From an uncultured virus (IMG/VR IMGVR_UViG_3300025131_000022) (taxonomy: Duplodnaviria > Heunggongvirae > Uroviricota > Caudoviricetes), in the IMG/VR virus record IMGVR_UViG_3300025131_000022: DNA of 64,000 nucleotides; one strand, given 5' to 3'. The position numbers and the translations under genes were made by a program. Under the pieces are notes generated by a model. That model did not search any database, was not told the DNA's origin, and worked only from the letters and a program-made list of their open reading frames with translations. Positions 58,103-64,000 of the stretch are shown piece by piece; the stretch's first letter is position 1, and each line of letters begins with the position of its first letter.

Positions 58103-61100
58103 TCATCATTTATCATAATAGGTGGTATACACTTACATTGGGCTACACTCCATGACCATCCTTGTTGACATTGTTGTGGTTGACAACAATTAGCCCATGG
58201 TGATGGATTCCATAAAAATCCAAGCCAATGTTCACAGTCACAAGGATTTGCATTTGATGCTAATTTTTGATATAAGTACGAACCATCTTGCTTCAAGTAT
58301 TCACAACATTGTTCACATGGAGCTACAGGTCCTGGGCACTGAGCAGCTAAACAAGTTGCTTTGTCAGGGTGTGGACCAATACCATCTTGTATACAATTCC
58401 ATATACTCCAGAAGGGGTTTGTTAGTAAACATGACCACTTTTCTGGAACTGGTGGATTCCCACACGGTACCTGACTACTACTGGTACAACTTACCCAACC
58501 ATAGTCCCATACAGTTGCACCGTATGGACCAGGATTTCCTGGATGTAAAGTCCAATGTTGATTACCATAGAATTCCCAGGTTGCCCCAGTCATATATATA
58601 CCACAGCTTGCTGTTTGGCCATTAGGGTCTTGTATCCATAGTCCTGGGGTGTCATCCCCATTAGCAACTGGTGTTGGTCTTTTTACACAACAATAACAAC
58701 AGAAATCATTAGGGTCTGTTACACACCAACCCTCAGAAAAATGTTGTGTAATCAATGGGAATTGTACCCAATTTAATGGTAAAGGCGCATTCCATACTGT
58801 TGACATATGAATATCACAATTATTACAATCTACTGGTTGAGGGGGTCCGCATGGTTGATTATCTACATTAATACCACAAGGTTCCCACGACCCATTATTA
58901 CCAAGATTAACTCCTATATTTAAAGATGGATTTCCATAGTGTGAATCACAACCAACTGCGTCTGGTACACACTCACAAATTGGATTACCTACCCAATGAT
59001 ATCCTGGTGAACAGCTTATATTTTGAATACAAGGTTCCGGGTCAAGGGATTTATTAATCCCCCAACCTTTATTCTTGGATATTTTATCTTTTCCACCGCT
59101 ATTTATAATATGATAGATATTTGGTTTACATTTACAAATTGGGTATGGATGCCATGTTTCTCCTACTGGGCACTTTTTTGGTGGTGTCCATCTTGTACAT
59201 GGATTTATATTAGTTGTTTCAACACAACAATAACAACATTTATCTAGTGGGTCGGTTACACAATCATTTATATCATAAAATCCATATAAAGAATTCCATA
59301 TTCCTTCAAAATCTATTGGTCCTGTTAATGAACTAGCTAATGTAACTGCACAATCCTCACACCCTTGCACACATGCAGCTAGACATGCTAACCATGCACC
59401 AGGTCCTTGGTATTGTGCTGATGAACTACTATTAAGTACACATACACACGTTCCAGGACAATTAGTACAATCATAACCAACATCGGGTACACTAACACAA
59501 TGTATATCACACGGCCACCATATATTATTATTAAGTTGTAAAGTTTGTAGTAGAGCTTGTGTCGGATTAGCGGGAGATACGCTACCATTGGACCCATCCG
59601 CATATAACCCATTAATATGATTATGAAATATTTGACTTGGTGAAAACTGAGTTAGTGGGCTGCCGGCAGGGAACATACCATCATGCGTTAATACATAACA
59701 ACAATGGTCATATGGGTCTTCAACCATATCAAATAAACCGTAACCAGTATTTGTCCATATACCCATATCAGTACCATATGTAGGTATCATAATATATGTG
59801 GTTGGGGTATACGTACCGCTATGAGGTGATGAAGTGACGTTGAGGGTTGCTCCTAAACACTCTATCTTACACCTATCTGCTATAGTCAAGTCACACCGGC
59901 AGACGCCTGCAGGTGCGGCTGGTATATTATTTTGACAATCCCCTTGAGATGCATACCATCCGAAAGGAGCTGGGATACATAGACAGCTATTGTTAGCCTG
60001 CAACTTACAGTCCCATCTAGTTAATCCTGTATAACAGCATGTATTTACTTGTGTTAAACAATCATGAAGGGATTGGTGGGTACCAGTAGCAGTGAGGACA
60101 CAACTACAAGGACCATTACAATGTGTTACACATTCATATAAAGAAGTGCTTCCTGTATAACAACAATTCTGAGCTACAGCTGTGTGACACTCATCTAATG
60201 TACTGTATTGCCCATATGGGTCAACTATACAAAGACAATCTTTACTACAACACCATCTATCAGGTAAGGTAGTGGCTGAACAGCACGTAAATGGGTCATT
60301 TTCACAATTATATAATGCATTTAATCCTTGATATGTTCCCATTCCTGCCCCTACTTGTACACAATCACATTGAATATATGGTGGTGTACTTATTGTGGTT
60401 TGTTCACAATCATATTCTGGATATACTACTTCACAACAATTAGCTGCGTTATAACATTCTGTTTGTGAAGTAAATCCATCTTTATAATCTGGTACAAATA
60501 CACAATCACAAAAACCTGTTTGGCATGTCCAAGAACCACAACAAGGTAAATTAGTTAAAGTTACTTGACAATCACCCTGATTATTAAAAGCGCCTGTTGG
60601 ACCAGATATAGATTGGCAAATACATGGGTCTTGTGTACAACTACATGGGTCTAGACCAACGTATATACATTTATCCCAAGATGAAGGTATACTACCATAG
60701 GAGGACCATAATGCGTCACATATTTCTGGATAAGTATTAGCTAAGCTTACTACAGAGCCATTACTATCTGTTAGATTGACTGATATTAAATCATTAATCA
60801 TACTATTCCATGAATTATAAGGCCCACTTGTTAGCCCTAAATTTAGGTATATAGTACTATTTATCGTTATTGGTGAACCGAATACAGCAAGAGGAAGCCC
60901 ATTATGTAGACATGGATTAGGATTTGGGGGCATTAAACCTCCATAAGGAAATTTAAGGGTTAATATATCTACACTTTGTAAATTAGGAGACCCACCTGGA
61001 TTAGATATCATATTTAATACATCATAAGACCCTGTTAATGTTAATGCTGGATTAATAATTGTATAAGGACCTCCGTAAGTATTGTGAGAACAATCATCAT

Positions 61101-64000
61101 ATTGAGTTCCTGGAATACAGTCCCAAGTTGTCACTGCAACACCTGGTGGACAACTTAGGTCACATGGCATCCATACTAAATTACCACTACCGCCACCTGG
61201 CCATACAGCTACGCTATTATTAAAATCATTAACATAAGCTTGGTAATAAAGGTATGGTGAAGTACTCCAATTTAGTGGGTTACCTACTGGTAGACCTGCT
61301 GTATCCCAAACACATACATAACAACATTCTGGTCCGTCGATGGAGTCATACGATGAAACCAAATCTCCTACTGCATATGATTGACCCATAACCCACAGTA
61401 AAGCCCCTTGAGATAGTGGAGTTACTGCTTGTGATGTTGTTATCCAGGTTATTCCATCTGTAGATGTCAAAAAGGATATAGGACTAGCATTATAACAATC
61501 ATAACATCCACAACATGTCCCAGCGTCAGCTAATAAAGTAAGACTTGTTAGATATGTATGACAATCTGCCATATTAGTAAATGGATAAGGGGCGGCACAA
61601 GTTACGGGGGCATTTACAAACGTACAATTACATGCCCCTAATGGTGGTGTACAATCTCCACATACAAAATTACATTCACTTGTACATCCTGCTTGGTTGG
61701 TACCGTAAAAAGCAGCACATCCATTTCCATCAGTTGTCATGGGATTGGACCCTGCTACATAAGCACCAACGTATGATAAACACCCATCAACTGCATGACA
61801 ACAATATTCTGTTTGGGGTGCTTGACACGGATATTGTCCTGAATTACTTTGTTGACATAGATAAGGGGATAGTTGGCTTGGTCCAAAATTGCAAATATTA
61901 CCAGTGGTTCCACTACAGTACTGAGACCCCCAAAAGCATGAGAGCATTGCTGGGTCACCACATAAATCACAAAAACCTGTACCTGGAGGTGCACAATCAC
62001 AACAAAATCTACACATTTGTTCACATGCAGCTTGTGTAGGGAATCCTTGTCCAGTTGGGTTGTTACCTAAAACTACTGCATTATGATAATTGTTTGCTGG
62101 GTCTGAAGGTCCACCCGCACCTTGTCCTATAGCCATAGTCTGGTATGAGGTTCCTTGACCTACAAAAAATGAACTTTGTTGGCATGGTTGTGCCCCTATA
62201 GTATTATATATACCAGCGTCTGCACCTGCCCAATCACACCACCATTCATCAGGTGCTTGACTACACTCACAATTAGTATTTGCAGCTTCACATAATGCCG
62301 CATTAGGATAGGTGGTAACTGCGATAGAATTCGGTACAAATTGGCATACTTGTGCTCCGAGTGTATTACATTCCCACGTACAGTATGCTTGGCATTGTGA
62401 CAATGTCATAGTGCCCAGAGGGTTTGGATAACATCCATAACCACCAATACATGGATTTCCATTTACTGACGGGCAATTACAGGTTCCGTCACAAGAGTAC
62501 ATATAAGTTGTTCCTGTACAACAATCAACTAATCCTGTTGATAGTTGAAATTGGCAATCTACCAAAGAAGGGTAAGGCCAATTATAAGAACCAAACGCTA
62601 AAAATACGGAACCTGGTGGTACTGGTGGGTATGTATATGGAAATGGTGAATATCCCATCCAAAATATCCCAAAGTTACCTGTACCAGGTGAATATATATC
62701 ATTTAAATAATCCTGTAATACCACACAACTTGATACTTCTGAAGGTTCATTTCCTGCTGGTGGTCCTGGGTCTGCACAATAACAATCTGCATTACATTGG
62801 TCATTATTTACCCCAACTAAAGGTGTTCCACAAGTAGAGGCTGTATAACAATTATTTTGAGTTTGCCATATGGATATGTTTGTCAGAGGTGGAGGTGCAT
62901 AAATACAAGTAGACGGAAAACAACCATTAACAGTACATTCATAAGTTTGTGCACTAGTTGCCCCTGTACCACAAGGACCACAAGGTTCACCAACAAGAGA
63001 ACCATTATAAGGTGTCGCTGGGTCAATAGCTGGTAATCTTTCACAACTTACCCAACAATTTGGTGTTCCATCTGGATAATCTCCATCATCTGGTGCACTT
63101 ATATCACAATCATACCAAAAACCTGGTTCTCCTGGTAAATAAGGTGATGTAGGACATGTACATACCCAACAACACTCAGGTGTATTACCATCACTATAAC
63201 TTACAGTGTCATATAAAGCATAATTTCCAGCTGAATACCAAGGACCGTTCCAATTTAAAACCCACCCTAATCCATTAGCTAGTACGTAATCATCACAAGC
63301 ACATACACATGTGTCTTCTTGCGGTGCACAACATGTAACACCAGTCGCTACTCCATTTGGGTCTAGTGGTGCAGTTGGGTCAGGGCATAAATCATTTACA
63401 CAATCTACCATATCACAATACTCTGTAACATTTGGCCAGTCATTGAAACAACCCCAAAGTCCAGTCATACCACCAAAAGAGTCTATATAATTTGGGCTGC
63501 AACAAGTTACCATAGCATAATTAGGTGGTCCTGCATCATAATTATCTATTGAAGGATTTATTGTATAATGACAAGGGTATACTCCTCCGGTACCTTGTTG
63601 ATTTGCGGCTGTATACCCTGAATTAAAAAAGATTGGGTCCTCTTCACATTGTGCATTACAACATTCCGGTCCCATAGCTCTACAACATTCAAGAAAATCT
63701 GTATAACCAGTAGGTGGTGATTGATTATTAGGCATCGCACCTTGTATCGTCATAACTCCTATACTAGGGAAGTACGTACAACCTTGAAAACTTGTTCCAG
63801 ATGCAGGACCACCATCATGAACATAACAGTCCCAGCCTGCATCACATGTGCAGGCAGACGCGCATGCGGTAGGCCCATACCATGTGGCGGGCATTCCAAC
63901 TGGTATTGGAATTCCAGTAGTACCATCGTTTGGTGGCCAGTATGGACAACCTGGTATTCCATTAGGGTCATAAGGGAATGAGTTAATAGGGGTAGACTTC
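58084..64000 (-). CDS. Giant Cys-rich repeat protein, probable fibre/adhesin (5' end outside the window)
   Basis: Frame stays open from 63894 to the window end (KSTPINSFPYDPNGIPGCPYWPP...); many W/Y-x-C...C-x-C...G-x-Y/F...C...C repeats and W...Y...D-x-V modules. Confidence 0.85.
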   Translation of the reverse strand, partial: KSTPINSFPYDPNGIPGCPYWPPNDGTTGIPIPVGMPATWYGPTACASACTCDAGWDCYVHDGGPASGTSFQGCTYFPSIGVMTIQGAMPNNQSPPTGYTDFLECCRAMGPECCNAQCEEDPIFFNSGYTAANQQGTGGVYPCHYTINPSIDNYDAGPPNYAMVTCCSPNYIDSFGGMTGLWGCFNDWPNVTEYCDMVDCVNDLCPDPTAPLDPNGVATGVTCCAPQEDTCVCACDDYVLANGLGWVLNWNGPWYSAGNYALYDTVSYSDGNTPECCWVCTCPTSPYLPGEPGFWYDCDISAPDDGDYPDGTPNCWVSCERLPAIDPATPYNGSLVGEPCGPCGTGATSAQTYECTVNGCFPSTCIYAPPPLTNISIWQTQNNCYTASTCGTPLVGVNNDQCNADCYCADPGPPAGNEPSEVSSCVVLQDYLNDIYSPGTGNFGIFWMGYSPFPYTYPPVPPGSVFLAFGSYNWPYPSLVDCQFQLSTGLVDCCTGTTYMYSCDGTCNCPSVNGNPCIGGYGCYPNPLGTMTLSQCQAYCTWECNTLGAQVCQFVPNSIAVTTYPNAALCEAANTNCECSQAPDEWWCDWAGADAGIYNTIGAQPCQQSSFFVGQGTSYQTMAIGQGAGGPSDPANNYHNAVVLGNNPTGQGFPTQAACEQMCRFCCDCAPPGTGFCDLCGDPAMLSCFWGSQYCSGTTGNICNFGPSQLSPYLCQQSNSGQYPCQAPQTEYCCHAVDGCLSYVGAYVAGSNPMTTDGNGCAAFYGTNQAGCTSECNFVCGDCTPPLGACNCTFVNAPVTCAAPYPFTNMADCHTYLTSLTLLADAGTCCGCYDCYNASPISFLTSTDGITWITTSQAVTPLSQGALLWVMGQSYAVGDLVSSYDSIDGPECCYVCVWDTAGLPVGNPLNWSTSPYLYYQAYVNDFNNSVAVWPGGGSGNLVWMPCDLSCPPGVAVTTWDCIPGTQYDDCSHNTYGGPYTIINPALTLTGSYDVLNMISNPGGSPNLQSVDILTLKFPYGGLMPPNPNPCLHNGLPLAVFGSPITINSTIYLNLGLTSGPYNSWNSMINDLISVNLTDSNGSVVSLANTYPEICDALWSSYGSIPSSWDKCIYVGLDPCSCTQDPCICQSISGPTGAFNNQGDCQVTLTNLPCCGSWTCQTGFCDCVFVPDYKDGFTSQTECYNAANCCEVVYPEYDCEQTTISTPPYIQCDCVQVGAGMGTYQGLNALYNCENDPFTCCSATTLPDRWCCSKDCLCIVDPYGQYSTLDECHTAVAQNCCYTGSTSLYECVTHCNGPCSCVLTATGTHQSLHDCLTQVNTCCYTGLTRWDCKLQANNSCLCIPAPFGWYASQGDCQNNIPAAPAGVCRCDLTIADRCKIECLGATLNVTSSPHSGTYTPTTYIMIPTYGTDMGIWTNTGYGLFDMVEDPYDHCCYVLTHDGMFPAGSPLTQFSPSQIFHNHINGLYADGSNGSVSPANPTQALLQTLQLNNNIWWPCDIHCVSVPDVGYDCTNCPGTCVCVLNSSSSAQYQGPGAWLACLAACVQGCEDCAVTLASSLTGPIDFEGIWNSLYGFYDINDCVTDPLDKCCYCCVETTNINPCTRWTPPKKCPVGETWHPYPICKCKPNIYHIINSGGKDKISKNKGWGINKSLDPEPCIQNISCSPGYHWVGNPICECVPDAVGCDSHYGNPSLNIGVNLGNNGSWEPCGINVDNQPCGPPQPVDCNNCDIHMSTVWNAPLPLNWVQFPLITQHFSEGWCVTDPNDFCCYCCVKRPTPVANGDDTPGLWIQDPNGQTASCGIYMTGATWEFYGNQHWTLHPGNPGPYGATVWDYGWVSCTSSSQVPCGNPPVPEKWSCLLTNPFWSIWNCIQDGIGPHPDKATCLAAQCPGPVAPCEQCCEYLKQDGSYLYQKLASNANPCDCEHWLGFLWNPSPWANCCQPQQCQQGWSWSVAQCKCIPPIMINDDGFGHG

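Noticed and set aside
1622..63981. Many short plus-strand ORFs in the track (e.g. 1622, 25935, 29327, 30215, 58197, 61581)
   Set aside because: They are antisense shadows of long minus-strand genes with low-complexity F/L/S/I composition; only 10234, 18216, 19450 and 31719 are accepted on the plus strand
58084..64000. Higher GC and repetitive look suggesting a eukaryotic insert or a CRISPR/DNA repeat array
   Set aside because: Explained by Cys/Gly/Pro codons; the repeats exist only at protein level, third positions stay AT-rich, and the same modules occur in the neighbouring phage gene
1..64000. Bacterial chromosome or prophage origin suggested by dnaJ, glnII, sigma70 and DegT
   Set aside because: No ribosomal or core operons and no integrase; gene packing, many small unknown ORFs, a gp46/47-primase-RuvC cluster and tail genes indicate a large phage

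Overview
The window is a 64 kb segment of an AT-rich, large (probably jumbo) tailed-phage genome. It is densely coding, almost entirely on the minus strand, and reads in the standard genetic code. The host is most likely Bacteroidota: promoters follow TTG-N20-TAnnTTT(A/G), the sigma70 lacks region 1.1, there is an Hc1 histone-like protein, and one secreted protein carries a T9SS-type C-terminal signal. Bases 1-21 kb are accessory: a DUF2828/TROVE-like gene next to a degenerate tRNA-Gly-like RNA, an LRR protein, a 3'-5' exonuclease, thyX, a BtuG-like beta-propeller plus DUF6580 transporter (a candidate vitamin B12 capture module), glutamine synthetase II, a DHH phosphoesterase, lysozyme, cyclophilin, a 2OG-oxygenase/methyltransferase fusion, a DruA-like protein and DnaJ. 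Bases 22-28 kb hold putative head-internal and lysis genes and the sigma factor. Bases 29-39 kb hold SbcC/SbcD, primase, an exonuclease and a RuvC-like resolvase, interrupted by a sugar aminotransferase and glycosyltransferase. Bases 39-64 kb are a tail/baseplate cluster that includes a dockerin-bearing protein and a >1970 aa Cys-rich repeat protein. The best leads are: (1) the B12-scavenging module; (2) a pervasive [ST]-[GA]-x-[ST] motif in virion proteins, possibly a glycosylation sequon; (3) a shared N-terminal ITExQ tag on late enzymes under a TATTTAT promoter; (4) a T4 gene e-like hairpin in front of the lysozyme; (5) apparently leaderless early mRNAs. All family assignments come from motif recognition by eye; no searches were run. 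No capsid, terminase, integrase or CRISPR array was recognised.
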